Part shown: positions 10,095 through 21,090 of the stretch, one piece after another
How positions within the stretch are numbered: the first letter of the stretch is position 1
Layout of the letters: every line of letters starts with the position of its first letter
Origin: an uncultured cyanobacterium
GTDB lineage: Bacteria > Cyanobacteriota > Cyanobacteriia > Cyanobacteriales > CAWUOF01
Assembly (NCBI GenBank): GCA_963744145.1
Contig: CAVUSO010000001.1
Location: 96,001 to 160,000, forward strand
DNA: 64,000 nt
Direction: 5' to 3'
Notes under the pieces: model-generated
What the model saw: only the letters and a program-made list of their open reading frames with translations
Told to the model about the DNA's origin: nothing
Databases searched by the model: none
Program-made: the position numbers and the translations under genes

Positions 10095-11765
10095 ATGAGT
10101 TCTGATTCCCTGGTTATTTCTCCCAGCCAAAATCCCTGGTTCCGCACCATTAGACCCATAGGGGTTTATGCTTTACATGGTATAGCTTTTACCGGGGATA
10201 AACTGATGGCGATCGATTCAGTTCGAGGACATCTACTCCAAATTGATCCAATCACAGATAACACAGTTATTCTCAATGGAGAACAAGTAGCAGATTATAT
10301 TGGTGCTACCGGATTGGCAATTTGGGAAGATACCATCTGGTTTAGTCGGGACTACAGAATTTATTACTGTAATTTCGCAGATTTAACTCCCCAACGTTTT
10401 ATCACCCTACCCTATCCCATTGATGGGTTAGCTGTTTGGCAAAAAACTTTGTATGCGAGCTGTCAGAAAAGCGGCTATATCCATATCTTTGACCGGAATT
10501 CAGCTAGACAAATTACTAACTTTTATACCCCAGGGATTGGACTGGAAAATTTGACCGTAACTAGTGAGGAACTTTGGGTTTGTGATTCAACAGAACAAAC
10601 CATCTACTGTCTTGATCGCGCGACGGGAAAAGTTAACTTCAGTGTCCTCACCCCCTTTGAATTTCCCACGGGATTAGCTTTTCATCACCATCAGGAAACC
10701 AATCAAGCAACGCTCTATGTCGCTTATGGTGGGGAAGAGCCTTATATTCGTGATGATCCTAACTCAGAACCTTCTCAGCAGTTAGCTTGGCGCGATCGCA
10801 CTTTTATCCATCCTCTCTATTTTCATCATTATCCCCAAAGTAACTATGCTCTGTCCAATGGCTATTTAGTCGAAATGTCTTATGTCGAGGAATTATCTCC
10901 CCTAAAAGAATTACATTTAGACCAATTAGAATGGAGGATTGCTCTCCCAACGGAAACAGATCGACAAAAAGTCAAACAGATCGAAGCGATCGGTAGACCA
11001 TTCACCGAAGAAATTTTAGATGGTCAAAAGGTAGCTGTGTTTAAGTTTGATACCCTCAAACCGAACGAACAACACTTATTTGGTTGGAAAGCACTGTTAG
11101 AACTACGTGGAATTAAATATCAGATTACTCCCCGTGCTTTAGAAAATATTCCACCTTTGTCTCCAGAATTTCGAGCTAGATACTTAGTAGATGATGACGA
11201 TTTAGCGATGGATCATCCTTCGATTCAGAAAGCTGCTCAGGAAGCGATCGGAAGAGAGACCAATCTACTTAGACAAATGTTGAGTATTCGGAATTATGTT
11301 TATGACCAGCTTTCCTATGGGATTAGACCCCAAATTGATACACCTGATATTGTCCTCGCTCGTGGGGTTGGTTCTTGTGGAGAATATGTCGGATTATTAT
11401 TGGCTCTTACCCGTTTAAATGGAATTGCTTGTCGGACAGTGGGACGCTATAAATGTCCAGCTCATCCCGAACTACGAAATATCCCATTACAACCTGATTT
11501 TAATCACGTTTGGCTAGAATTTTATGTTCCCTCGATTGGATGGTTACCAATGGAATCTAATCCAGATGACATCCAGGAACAAGGTCCCTATCCCACGCGA
11601 TTTTTTATGGGGTTACCTTGGAATCATGTGGAAATTGGGAAAGGAATTCCCTTTGCTACCCTGAAAACTGCTGGTGTAGCTGTCAATAAAGAGGAAATTT
11701 CCATCGGGGAGTTAGCTATTAATCATGTCCGGTTTACAATTTTGGCAGAATTAATGGCAAATTAA
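10095..11765 (+). CDS. Transglutaminase-like domain protein with N-terminal beta-propeller-like region
   Basis: GSCGEY (catalytic Cys), NHVWLEFY (His), GWLPMESNPD. Confidence 0.85.
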   Translation: MSSDSLVISPSQNPWFRTIRPIGVYALHGIAFTGDKLMAIDSVRGHLLQIDPITDNTVILNGEQVADYIGATGLAIWEDTIWFSRDYRIYYCNFADLTPQRFITLPYPIDGLAVWQKTLYASCQKSGYIHIFDRNSARQITNFYTPGIGLENLTVTSEELWVCDSTEQTIYCLDRATGKVNFSVLTPFEFPTGLAFHHHQETNQATLYVAYGGEEPYIRDDPNSEPSQQLAWRDRTFIHPLYFHHYPQSNYALSNGYLVEMSYVEELSPLKELHLDQLEWRIALPTETDRQKVKQIEAIGRPFTEEILDGQKVAVFKFDTLKPNEQHLFGWKALLELRGIKYQITPRALENIPPLSPEFRARYLVDDDDLAMDHPSIQKAAQEAIGRETNLLRQMLSIRNYVYDQLSYGIRPQIDTPDIVLARGVGSCGEYVGLLLALTRLNGIACRTVGRYKCPAHPELRNIPLQPDFNHVWLEFYVPSIGWLPMESNPDDIQEQGPYPTRFFMGLPWNHVEIGKGIPFATLKTAGVAVNKEEISIGELAINHVRFTILAELMAN

Positions 11766-11807
11766 GGCAAAATAGATCATTATCGATCTCTTTGTAGTAA
11801 AAAAACG

Positions 11808-12581
11808 ATGGAAATTATCCCCGCGATCGACTTATTGGATGGTCGTTGTGTGCGACTATATCAGGGAGATTATGCTCAAAGTCAAGTTTTTGCCGAAAAT
11901 CCGGTTGAAATGGCTAGATCATGGGTAGAGCAAGGTGCCACCAGACTCCATCTGGTAGACTTAGATGGAGCTAAAACAGGTAAACTCCATAATCTTAAAG
12001 CAATTGAAGCGATCACATTAGCTGTATCAGTACCGATTCAAGTTGGGGGTGGGTTGCGATCGCGGGATACGGTAGCATCTTTATTATCGATCGGGGTCAA
12101 ACAGACCATTTTAGGGACGATCGCAGTCGAACAACCTGATTTAGTAGCACAACTCTGTCAGGAATTTCCTGGTCAAATTGTGATCGGGATTGATGCTCGT
12201 GATGGTAAGGTTGCGATTCAAGGTTGGTTAGAGACTTCTCCAGTTTTAGCGATCGATTTAGCGAAACAGATGGCTCAGTTAGGAGTAGCGAGAATTATTT
12301 ATACTGATATTTACCGTGATGGGACTTTAACTGGACCTAACTTAACCGCATTACGAGAAATAGCGACATCAGTTGATATTCCCATTATTGCTTCTGGTGG
12401 AGTTAGTTCTGTGACTGATTTGTTAAATTTACTCACACTTGAACCACTAGGAGTCACAGGAGTGATCATTGGGAGCGCTCTTTATACTAAAAAGATTCTG
12501 CTGAAAGAAGCAATTCAAGCAGTCGGATCGGGTAGAATCCAGGATATTCCGCTAGACTTTGGTAATTCTACCTTTGCTTAA
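11808..12581 (+). CDS. hisA: ProFAR isomerase (histidine biosynthesis)
   Basis: [54 protein letters not shown]. Confidence 0.96.
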   Translation: MEIIPAIDLLDGRCVRLYQGDYAQSQVFAENPVEMARSWVEQGATRLHLVDLDGAKTGKLHNLKAIEAITLAVSVPIQVGGGLRSRDTVASLLSIGVKQTILGTIAVEQPDLVAQLCQEFPGQIVIGIDARDGKVAIQGWLETSPVLAIDLAKQMAQLGVARIIYTDIYRDGTLTGPNLTALREIATSVDIPIIASGGVSSVTDLLNLLTLEPLGVTGVIIGSALYTKKILLKEAIQAVGSGRIQDIPLDFGNSTFA

Positions 12582-12592
12582 CTTAGATCAAC

Positions 12593-13069
12593 CTATTCAG
12601 ATCCAGGATTGATTTCGATCATAGTCCAAGTAGTATAGGTGCCGATCGGACTCCAGATGATATATGGTAGCAACAAAACAGCAGCCCAGGGGGAGATTAA
12701 CCTGACAAAGATCGCTAATACAATACTCAAACCAGCACCAGTTCCACCAATTACAGTCCCAACTTTCAAGCTCCGCAATTTACACATGACGGGATTATAA
12801 GCAAGAGTGAGGGTTTCCAAGCATAAATAAAGACTCATGAGTAACCAAGTATGTTCTGTATTTGGAGCTGTTTCCCAAATAATATAAGCAGACCAACCAC
12901 CACAAACGAAGATCGTACTCCAAATAAAGGGAATTGCGACTTCAAAAGTTAACCAGTTGGGACGTTGGAGACGATTAAACCAACTGCGATCGCTCTGATT
13001 AGTCAATCCACTACTCAAGAAAGCAACTAGAAAAGTTATTCCTCCAATTACCATCCAAGATTTCATCAA
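12593..13069 (-). CDS. tspO: TspO/MBR family tryptophan-rich sensory protein
   Basis: WFNRLQRPNWL, hydrophobic helices, LLLPYIIW. Confidence 0.85.
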   Translation of the reverse strand: MMKSWMVIGGITFLVAFLSSGLTNQSDRSWFNRLQRPNWLTFEVAIPFIWSTIFVCGGWSAYIIWETAPNTEHTWLLMSLYLCLETLTLAYNPVMCKLRSLKVGTVIGGTGAGLSIVLAIFVRLISPWAAVLLLPYIIWSPIGTYTTWTMIEINPGSE

Positions 13070-13310
13070 CCCTCCTACTTAGCTGTCCCGATTTGGTTTA
13101 ATTCTAACATTTAGCGCCAAATTGTGGGATAATAATTATTTAAATTGCGGGACAATCTCTAATTTTTTGAGTTGAATGCTTGAATTTTAATATTTTTAAC
13201 TTAAATCGGAATATTCTGAGGTTAGATATTGGTAATAATTAAGTTTTGCCAGAACTAATCTTAACAACTTGCTGCCATAATTTAAGATTAATTTAGTGTT
13301 CAATAGACTA

Positions 13311-13339
13311 TTGACGAGTCCCAGAAAACCACTTAAAAT
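13311..13339 (+). promoter_or_regulatory. Sigma70-type promoter of GH19 copy 1
   Basis: TTGACG-17 nt-TAAAAT, conserved in the duplicate at 14429-14457 although the spacer has diverged. Confidence 0.7.
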
Positions 13340-13378
13340 CGGGAAGGACGTGAAAATCCTTTTAGGGGTATATCGATT

Positions 13379-14191
13379 ATGAAACTTCAAGATGTATTTC
13401 ATAGTGGCAAAACAATAGCATTCTCTGACCTAGCAACAGATACCGAATTAGTCAAACAAATTCAAATTCGTCTTCTGCAACTCAAGGTTTTAAGTGGTGA
13501 TGCGGATGGACAGTATGGACCAATAACAGAAGGAGCTCTCAAAACCTTCGCATCAGCCTTCAAATTATCTACCACAGAGCTGAATAAAGACTTAGCTAAA
13601 AAGTTAATTGAAGCTAAAGAAGTTCCTGGTTTACCCAAAAAAGATGATTTAATCACTCCCGATATGGTTGCTAATATTTTGGGATGCGATATAAGTCAAC
13701 CGCAAACTTATTTACCAGGGGTTTTGCAGGCATTACGAGACTATAATATTTATAACCGACCAACTTTAATCGCAGCGATCGCCACCATTGGAGTAGAAAC
13801 TGAAGGATTTCAGCCGATTGAGGAATATGGGGATGATGCGTATTTTACCGAAAACTATGAAGGTCGAGACGATTTAGGTAATACTCAACCAGGAGACGGA
13901 GCCCGTTACCATGGACGAGGATTTGTGCAAATTACTGGTCGGGCAAATTATCACGATTATGGAGAGAAAATTGGGATTGGGACTCAGTTGGAAGATAACC
14001 CAGATTTAGCACTAGATGCAAAGGTAGCAGCTGAAATTTTAGCTTGTTATTTCCAAGATCATGACATTAGCGATACTGCTGCTGCTGGAGATTGGCAAGG
14101 AGTACGGATTGCTGTTAATGGAGGTTTGAATGGATGGGATGTATTTAGTGGCTATGTCGATGCAGCCGACCAAACAATCCCTTCCTTCTAA
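13379..14191 (+). CDS. Peptidoglycan-binding + GH19 (chitinase/endolysin-like) protein, copy 1
   Basis: [15 protein letters not shown]-binding motif; [52 protein letters not shown]. Confidence 0.88.
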   Translation: MKLQDVFHSGKTIAFSDLATDTELVKQIQIRLLQLKVLSGDADGQYGPITEGALKTFASAFKLSTTELNKDLAKKLIEAKEVPGLPKKDDLITPDMVANILGCDISQPQTYLPGVLQALRDYNIYNRPTLIAAIATIGVETEGFQPIEEYGDDAYFTENYEGRDDLGNTQPGDGARYHGRGFVQITGRANYHDYGEKIGIGTQLEDNPDLALDAKVAAEILACYFQDHDISDTAAAGDWQGVRIAVNGGLNGWDVFSGYVDAADQTIPSF

Positions 14192-14277
14192 ATGATCTAG
14201 GGCAAATACATCTGAGTTGATCAACCTTAACTAGCAAGCTAGGTTTGGTCAGATTTCTATGTGTTTGCCCAATCCCG

Positions 14278-14350
14278 TTATTCTTTCGGCTCGGAAGTAA
14301 CTGATTTCAGCTCTTCAATTTCCAATAAACTCCCAATTATTGCAGCGATT
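14278..14350 (-). pseudogene. Duplicated 3' end of the AI-2E transporter gene
   Basis: TTATTCTTTCGGCTCGGAAGTAACTGATTTCA... matches 15396 onward. Confidence 0.8.
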
Positions 14351-14428
14351 AAATCTCCCATTTACCCAAAAAATAATCTGTACAACTCCTGGCGATAATT
14401 TCAGCTTAAATTATTGCTTAATCGACTA

Positions 14429-14457
14429 TTGACGAGGGCATGAAAACCACCTAAAAT
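14429..14457 (+). promoter_or_regulatory. Sigma70-type promoter of GH19 copy 2
   Basis: TTGACG-17 nt-TAAAAT followed by AAGGAT-AGAAA-ATCCTT hairpin. Confidence 0.7.
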
Positions 14458-14495
14458 CTGGAAGGATAGAAAATCCTTTTAGGGGTATATCGATT

Positions 14496-15311
14496 ATGAA
14501 ACTTCAAGATGTATTTCACAGTGGCAAAGCAATAACATTCTCTAATCTGGCAAAAGATACCGAATTAGTCAAACAAATTCAAATTCGTCTCATTCAAGTC
14601 AAGATCCTAGATGATGGTGATGCGGATGGACAGTATGGACCAAAAACAGAAGAAGCCATCAAGAGCTTTGCATCAGCATTCAAATTGTCTACCACAGAGC
14701 TAAATAAAGACTTAGCTAAAAAGTTAATTGAAGCTACGAAAGTTCCTGGTTTCCCCAAAAAAGATGATGTCATCACTCCCGAACAGGTTGCTAATATTTT
14801 GGGATGTCCGATCGAGCAACCACAAACTTATTTACCAGGAGTTTTGGCAGCATTACGGGACTATAATATTCATAACCGACCAACTTTAATCGCAGCGATC
14901 GCCACCATTGGAGTAGAAACTGAAGGATTTCAGCCGATCGAGGAATATGGGGATGATGCGTATTTTACCGAAAACTATGAAGGTCGAGACGATTTAGGTA
15001 ATACTCAACCAGGAGATGGAGCTCGTTACCATGGACGGGGATTTGTGCAAATTACTGGTCGAGCAAATTATCGCGACTATGGTCAAAAAGTTGGGATTGG
15101 TTCTCAGTTGGAAGATAATCCAGATTTAGCTCTAGATGCAAAGATAGCAGCTAAAATTTTAGCTTGTTATTTCAAAGATCATGACATTGAGAGTAGCGCC
15201 GCTGGTGGAGATTGGCAAGGAGTACGTATTGCTGTCAATGGAGGTTTGAATGGATGGGATGTATTTAGTGGCTATGTAGATACAGCCGACCAAACAGTTC
15301 CTTCCTTCTAA
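14496..15311 (+). CDS. Peptidoglycan-binding + GH19 protein, copy 2
   Basis: Near-identical to 13379-14191; same catalytic motifs. Confidence 0.88.
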   Translation: MKLQDVFHSGKAITFSNLAKDTELVKQIQIRLIQVKILDDGDADGQYGPKTEEAIKSFASAFKLSTTELNKDLAKKLIEATKVPGFPKKDDVITPEQVANILGCPIEQPQTYLPGVLAALRDYNIHNRPTLIAAIATIGVETEGFQPIEEYGDDAYFTENYEGRDDLGNTQPGDGARYHGRGFVQITGRANYRDYGQKVGIGSQLEDNPDLALDAKIAAKILACYFKDHDIESSAAGGDWQGVRIAVNGGLNGWDVFSGYVDTADQTVPSF

Positions 15312-15395
15312 ATGATAGGGCAAATACAGCTGAATTGTTAAACCAAAACTAGCGAGCTAGGTTTGATCAGATTTCTATGTGTTTGCCCAATCTAT

Positions 15396-16448
15396 TTATT
15401 CTTTCGGCTCGGAAGTAACTGATTTCATATCTTCAATTTCAAATAAACTCACAATGATCCCAGCGATCGGAATCGCCATAAAAATCCCCAGTAGACCACC
15501 AATTCTCGCCCCGATTAATAGGGCAAAAAAAACTACTACAGGATTAAGGTTTAAAAAATTTTGCATGATATGAGGTGCGATTAAGTTATCTTTGATTTGC
15601 TGGATAATTAGACAACCTATAAGTACCTTCACTGCCATGAAAATATCTTGGGTTAATACAATTACAGCAATTAAACTGATTCCTAACGTAGCTCCAATCC
15701 CAGGGATAGCTTCAAAAATTCCGCCAATTAAAGCCAAAACTAAAGAGAAAGGAACTTGGATGAATAAAAATAAAATAAATATGGCAATGCTGAAAAATAA
15801 GCTTAAAAGTAACTGACCTCGAAAGAAAGCTAGGAAGTTGCGTTGAATCACTTCACTAAACCGCTCTCTAATCGAAACCGGGAAAAATTTTAGGATAAAT
15901 TTCCATAACTTTTCGCCATCTAAAAGCATGAAAAAAGCTACAACTGCCACTAAAATAAGTCCAAGTAAGTTAGTTAAGATCACCTGAGAAGTAGCAATAA
16001 TTCCACCAATAATTTCTAGGATTTGGGTGCGGAGTGATTGTTCAATGGAATAAATATCAACTTGAATATTATGTTGACTCAAAGTTCTTTGAAATTGTTC
16101 TAATAAAGGATGTAACGAGCTTAAAAAATTGGTAATACTATCGAGCAGTTGCTGTCCTTGGGAAACAATTGATAATCCGATGGTAATGGTGAAAATTCCG
16201 ATCAGGAGCAAACTCAGTAAAAAAACTAAGCTAACTGCTAAACTATGGGGTAAAAATCGACTCAGCGATCGGGTGGGATAATTGAGTAAAAATGCCAAAA
16301 TCGCAGCCATAGTAAAAATCGCGATAATCGATTGAAAGTAAGTAAAAAACTCGATTAAAGCCCACCCACAAGCAAAGAGTAATAAAAATCGAAATGATGC
16401 GATCTTATCTAGCTGTTCCCATAGATTTTTCCCCGATAAATCACTCAT
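15396..16448 (-). CDS. AI-2E family transporter
   Basis: LAFLLNYP, FFMLLDG, FFRGQLL, IPGIGA, QQIKDNLIAP, G..GIFMAIP. Confidence 0.9.
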   Translation of the reverse strand: MSDLSGKNLWEQLDKIASFRFLLLFACGWALIEFFTYFQSIIAIFTMAAILAFLLNYPTRSLSRFLPHSLAVSLVFLLSLLLIGIFTITIGLSIVSQGQQLLDSITNFLSSLHPLLEQFQRTLSQHNIQVDIYSIEQSLRTQILEIIGGIIATSQVILTNLLGLILVAVVAFFMLLDGEKLWKFILKFFPVSIRERFSEVIQRNFLAFFRGQLLLSLFFSIAIFILFLFIQVPFSLVLALIGGIFEAIPGIGATLGISLIAVIVLTQDIFMAVKVLIGCLIIQQIKDNLIAPHIMQNFLNLNPVVVFFALLIGARIGGLLGIFMAIPIAGIIVSLFEIEDMKSVTSEPKE

Positions 16449-16738
16449 GTAACTAACTCTTGAATTAACACATAAGGTTGGATAATTAGAGCATTAAAAC
16501 GTTTATGATCATGATTATTCCAATCGGCAATCTGAGGAGAAGAAGGTTTAGCAATTAATTGTTCTGCTAACCAATGTTCAACCAACTTAGTATGATCATT
16601 AGCGATCGCCATTCCCACCTCAACTAAATCTAAATGCAGCGCCACTAAAAATACAGTTTCCCGCTGAACATGGGGAAGTAACCAACTCCATTCTGCTTGA
16701 TCTAGAGACGCTGTTAATTCTGCTTTTAAATCTGACAT
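16445..16738 (-). CDS. DUF2288 family protein
   Basis: AEWSWLLPH..R, LDLVEVG.AIAND...V..WL, F.ALIIQPYVLIQ. Confidence 0.8.
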   Translation of the reverse strand: MSDLKAELTASLDQAEWSWLLPHVQRETVFLVALHLDLVEVGMAIANDHTKLVEHWLAEQLIAKPSSPQIADWNNHDHKRFNALIIQPYVLIQELVT

Positions 16739-16746
16739 AAACTTAC

Positions 16747-17385
16747 TTAACGACCAATCTGGTGCATTTCATTAATTAATAAAGCACATTTTTGAGTAAT
16801 TTGTTCTAACTCATGGCGATCGGTAGAGTTAGGAGGAGCGATCGGTTGACCAATCCGCACAGTGACGGGTACAGTTTTCGGGAGAGGAGAACCTTTTTTG
16901 ATAATTCTTTCCGTTCCCCACAAACAAACTGGTAATAGTGGTACTTGTGCTTTAGCTGCAATCAGAGCAGCACCTAATTTGGGATCAGTAATTGTTCCAT
17001 CCGCAGTCCGAGTTCCTTGTAAAAAAATTCCCACAGCCCATCCTTGTTCGAGATATGCTAATGCAGAACGAATCGCACTGAGATCCGCACTACCTCGCTT
17101 CACAGGATAAGCACCATATAATTTAATTGCTTGTTTTAAAATGGGAATCCGAAAAAGTTCTTCCTTAGCCATAAAAGCAACTGGACGCTTGACACAATTA
17201 GAAAGAATAGGTGGATCAAAATCACTAGCGTGATTACTAACTACTAACAGCGGTCCGGTTTGGGGGACATTTTCCGCACCATAAATAGAACCTCGAAAAT
17301 ACAGATTCAGAATCGGGCTGACTACTGACCACTTAAAAGCGTGGTAAAGAAGTAAATTTAGATATGGTTCACGATTCCTGAGCAA
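16747..17385 (-). CDS. plsC: 1-acyl-sn-glycerol-3-phosphate acyltransferase
   Basis: NHASDFD (HX4D), FMAKEELF, FLQGTRT. Confidence 0.9.
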   Translation of the reverse strand: MLRNREPYLNLLLYHAFKWSVVSPILNLYFRGSIYGAENVPQTGPLLVVSNHASDFDPPILSNCVKRPVAFMAKEELFRIPILKQAIKLYGAYPVKRGSADLSAIRSALAYLEQGWAVGIFLQGTRTADGTITDPKLGAALIAAKAQVPLLPVCLWGTERIIKKGSPLPKTVPVTVRIGQPIAPPNSTDRHELEQITQKCALLINEMHQIGR

Positions 17386-17468
17386 AATATCAACCTACCG
17401 GGGATCTTGAGTAAAAGATGATCGCAATCGCAATATTTTTGATTGATATTGCGATTTTGACATGAATC

Positions 17469-18377
17469 TTATCGATTTGATAAACTCATCATCCCCACCC
17501 GGTTTAACTCCGTCAAACTACCCACATTTTCCAGCATGATATCTGGACAAGTACGTTTAATTAAACCTGTCAGCACTTTCCCTGGACCAACTTCAATCAC
17601 CTGTTTAATTCCTGCTTGGGAAAGTCTGAGCATAATTTCCCACCACAGCACAGAACCAGTCATTTGTTTAGTCAGACGTTCTTTTAGCAGAATGGGATCA
17701 ACTGAGGGTGTAGGATCAACATTTGATAGCACAGGAATTTTAGCCCGACTAAACTCAACTGAATCTAAAACCTGTTGAAATTCTAATGCCGCTGGTGCCA
17801 TCAAAGCCGAATGAAAAGCACCACTAACATTCAACTTCATCGCACGTTTTACTTTTACCTTAGTTAAGAGTTCCTCTATCCCTTGACAAGTACCAGAGAT
17901 CACGACCTGGGTTTCACTATTATCATTTGCTAAGACCACACCAGGAGTTTTTTCGATTTCTTGCTCTAATTTTTGCCGATCGAACCCCATCAGAGCTGAC
18001 ATTTGACCACCAACTGCTGCATCCATTAATTCAGCCCGACGCTTAACTAAGCGTAAACCAGCTTGAAAGTCAAGTACCTTAGCTGCATAAAGAGCAACAT
18101 ATTCACCTAAGCTATGACCCGCAACTAAATCAGGTTCTAGTCCCTTTTGACTGAGCAAATCGACTAATATACTTTCGATCACGTACAAACAAGGTTGTGT
18201 ATAAAGAGTTTGAGCTAATTTAACTTCCTCTTTTTGACAAATTTCAGCAACAGACCAACCCAAAATCTGATTTGCTTGTTCAAGTTTAGCTTTTGCGGCT
18301 GGAATTTCTAATAAATCGATTCCCATCCCGATCGCTTGGGAACCTTGTCCCGGAAACACCCATCCCGTTTTAGTCAT
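17469..18377 (-). CDS. fabD: Malonyl-CoA:ACP transacylase
   Basis: FPGQGSQ, GHSLGEY, VSGAFHS. Confidence 0.96.
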   Translation of the reverse strand: MTKTGWVFPGQGSQAIGMGIDLLEIPAAKAKLEQANQILGWSVAEICQKEEVKLAQTLYTQPCLYVIESILVDLLSQKGLEPDLVAGHSLGEYVALYAAKVLDFQAGLRLVKRRAELMDAAVGGQMSALMGFDRQKLEQEIEKTPGVVLANDNSETQVVISGTCQGIEELLTKVKVKRAMKLNVSGAFHSALMAPAALEFQQVLDSVEFSRAKIPVLSNVDPTPSVDPILLKERLTKQMTGSVLWWEIMLRLSQAGIKQVIEVGPGKVLTGLIKRTCPDIMLENVGSLTELNRVGMMSLSNR

Positions 18378-18719
18378 TTGTCCTTTGTCCTTTGTTATTT
18401 TTTCTTAATTAATAAGAGGATTATCAATTTAATATATAATGGTTAATTTGGCAACTATTTCTTGAGTTCAGAATTATTGCCAGCTCACGTCAAAAATATC
18501 TGATTTGCTGATCACATCATCAATTTGAGTCACAACCATAGGTTTAATTATTGACCTAAGATTAGCAAAATTATTAACTAAAAACTTAGGTCTTCGCAGT
18601 GATCCCAACTGCAACTTAAATAAGTGTGCGATCGCGAAAATTTGGTTAAACTAAACTAGATATATTAAAAGGATAAACCAGGCGTTCTCCTGTACTCAAA
18701 GAAACTTCCTCAGTATTCA

Positions 18720-18811
18720 ATTTTAGATTTTAGATTTTAGATTGAAGTTGATCGATTGACAATCTCCTTACTAAATCTTGAATCCAAAATCCAAAATCCA
18801 AAATCCAAAAT
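18720..18811. repeat. Inverted pair of heptamer STRR tracts (ATTTTAG x3 / AATCCAA x4)
   Basis: Directly visible between fabH and fabD; can fold back on itself. Confidence 0.8.
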
Positions 18812-18815
18812 AAAA

Positions 18816-19817
18816 CTACTTCCCCCATTGAAAAATAGTAGCACCCCAAGTTAACCCGGCTCCAAAACCAGCAGAGGCGATCGTGTCACCGGGTTTAATT
18901 TGACCTTGACGTACAGCTTCATCCAAAGCGATCGGAATAGAAGCAGCCGAAGTATTACCATAATGGGCAATATTGCTAATCACTTTGTGGGCAGGAATTT
19001 TCAGACGTTCAGCCACCGCATCAAGAATCCGCTGATTAGCTTGGTGCATCAAGAGCCAATCAATCTGATCCACGGTGATATTTGCTCTAAACAAAGCTTT
19101 TTCCAGCACTTCCGGCACCCGTTTGACCGCAAAACGATAAACTTCTTGACCATTCATCGTAATCGGGTGAAAACCACCTTGAGCGATCGACAATCCCTCA
19201 ATCAGTTCTTTTGGTTGTCCCTGATAAGCTAAATTCAGATAGTGATTTTGGCTACCATCATTTCTGAGTTCAAATCCCAGAAACCGATCGCACTCTGAAG
19301 CTTGCATCACCACTGCTCCTGCTCCATCCCCAAACAAAATACAGGTGCCGCGATCGGACCAATCAACCCAACGAGACATAATATCAGCCCCAATCAACAG
19401 AACATGACGATAAACACCAGTCCGGATAAATTGGGCACCTGTCACCATCCCAAACACAAAACCAGAGCAAGCTGCGGTGAGGTCAAAAGCCACAGCTTGC
19501 TTGGCCCCTAAACGACTTTGAATATAGCTAGCAGTGCCAAACAAATCATCTGGAGTAGAAGTAGCCAGAATAATTAAATCTAGCTCGGCTGGCGTAATCT
19601 GGGCCATCGCGATCGCTTGTTGAGCAGCTGTAGTCGCCAAATCCGTGAGTGACTCTTGAGCTAGAGCCAAGCGACGACGACGAATCCCTGTGCGTGAGGT
19701 AATCCATTCATCGGACGTTTCTACTATTTGACTAAGCCCGTGGTTATCAAGGGAACCCACGGGAATCGCTGAACCACTACCGGTGATGGCAATACCTACC
19801 CCTGCTTGCTGCAACAT
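18816..19817 (-). CDS. fabH: Beta-ketoacyl-ACP synthase III
   Basis: AACSGF, LFGDGAGA, HQAN, GNTSAAS, GFGAGLTWG. Confidence 0.96.
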   Translation of the reverse strand: MLQQAGVGIAITGSGSAIPVGSLDNHGLSQIVETSDEWITSRTGIRRRRLALAQESLTDLATTAAQQAIAMAQITPAELDLIILATSTPDDLFGTASYIQSRLGAKQAVAFDLTAACSGFVFGMVTGAQFIRTGVYRHVLLIGADIMSRWVDWSDRGTCILFGDGAGAVVMQASECDRFLGFELRNDGSQNHYLNLAYQGQPKELIEGLSIAQGGFHPITMNGQEVYRFAVKRVPEVLEKALFRANITVDQIDWLLMHQANQRILDAVAERLKIPAHKVISNIAHYGNTSAASIPIALDEAVRQGQIKPGDTIASAGFGAGLTWGATIFQWGK

Positions 19818-20851
19818 TATTCTCCATCTATTCCTGGGGCTGCTGTTTTTTCAAACCGATCCTGAATCCTGGCAATCACTTGATGATTGACTGCTTCCTT
19901 GGCCAAACGAATCGCATTAGCGATCGAAGTAGCTTGAGAGGAACCGTGACTGATCACGCAAATTCCTGCTACTCCTAGCAGCAGACAACCACCATGTTCC
20001 ACATGGTCTAGTCGCTTTCTAATCCGGTTGAGATGTGGTTGGAGGATTTCTGGATCAATTCCTGCTAATCCTTGGGCAAACTCCTCTTGCATGAGCTGGA
20101 GAAAAACTTCACCGATTGCTTCTGCAAATTTTAATAGTACGTTCCCCGCAAATCCATCACAAACAATCACGTCAAAACGACCAGATAGGACATCTCGACC
20201 TTCGGCATTACCAATAAAGGGAATGCGGTGATTATCTTGCAGCATTTGGTGGGTTCTCACCGCCAGATCATTACCCTTGGAAGGTTCTTCACCAATATTG
20301 AGCAGTCCCACCTTTGGTTGCCCAATCCCAAGCACATATTCGCTATAGATCGCCCCCATCACGGCAAATTGCTCAAGAAATTTCGGGCGACAATCTACAT
20401 TAGCGCCAACATCAAGAATTAGAACTGATTTTCCATGTACCAAGGTTGGTAACACGGCACCTATGGCTGGTCGATCAATTCCTGGTAAACGTCCTAACCG
20501 TAGTAAGGCTGCGGCCATAGCAGCTCCGGAGTGGCCCGCTGAAACCACAGCATCAGCTCGGTTTTGCTTCACCAAATCCATTGCTACATTAATAGAAGCC
20601 TTGGGTTTGCGTTTTAACCCAGTTAAAGGCTCCTCGTGCATCTCTACCACACCTTCAGCCGGAACGATTTCCAGCATCGTCGGCAAATTGGCATATTGTT
20701 TTATCGAGGTTTCGATCTGTTCGGGGTCACCGACCAGCAAAATTTCTACATCCAATTCTTCGAGTGCTTTTAGCGCTCCAGCGACGATTTTGGTGGGCGC
20801 ATAATCCCCACCCATTGCATCAATTGCGATTCGTGCGCGAGTCGATCCCAT
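19817..20851 (-). CDS. plsX: Phosphate acyltransferase
   Basis: IAIDAMGGDYAP, SAGHSGA, LDVGANVD, NIGEEPSKG, DGFAGNV. Confidence 0.96.
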   Translation of the reverse strand: MGSTRARIAIDAMGGDYAPTKIVAGALKALEELDVEILLVGDPEQIETSIKQYANLPTMLEIVPAEGVVEMHEEPLTGLKRKPKASINVAMDLVKQNRADAVVSAGHSGAAMAAALLRLGRLPGIDRPAIGAVLPTLVHGKSVLILDVGANVDCRPKFLEQFAVMGAIYSEYVLGIGQPKVGLLNIGEEPSKGNDLAVRTHQMLQDNHRIPFIGNAEGRDVLSGRFDVIVCDGFAGNVLLKFAEAIGEVFLQLMQEEFAQGLAGIDPEILQPHLNRIRKRLDHVEHGGCLLLGVAGICVISHGSSQATSIANAIRLAKEAVNHQVIARIQDRFEKTAAPGIDGE

Positions 20852-21090
20852 TGATCAAAGTTATAGAAGCCTCACAAATTCTACCAGTACCCGATCACAT
20901 CTGTGTCAGATTTGACCTTGATAAATCTGTCCAATTAACATAATTAGATTAATTCCACAGGTTTGACCTGAATAATTAAGAATTATAAATTTTTTTGTCA
21001 ATACTTAATAATTCGCTAATTTTTTTGTTTGATCAAAAGTTTAATCGCAATGACAAAATCATGTTGAAGTTGCATTAAGTGAGGCAAAAA

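Noticed and set aside
13379-15311. Prophage lysis module
   Set aside because: No holin, structural, terminase or integrase genes nearby; flanked by housekeeping genes.
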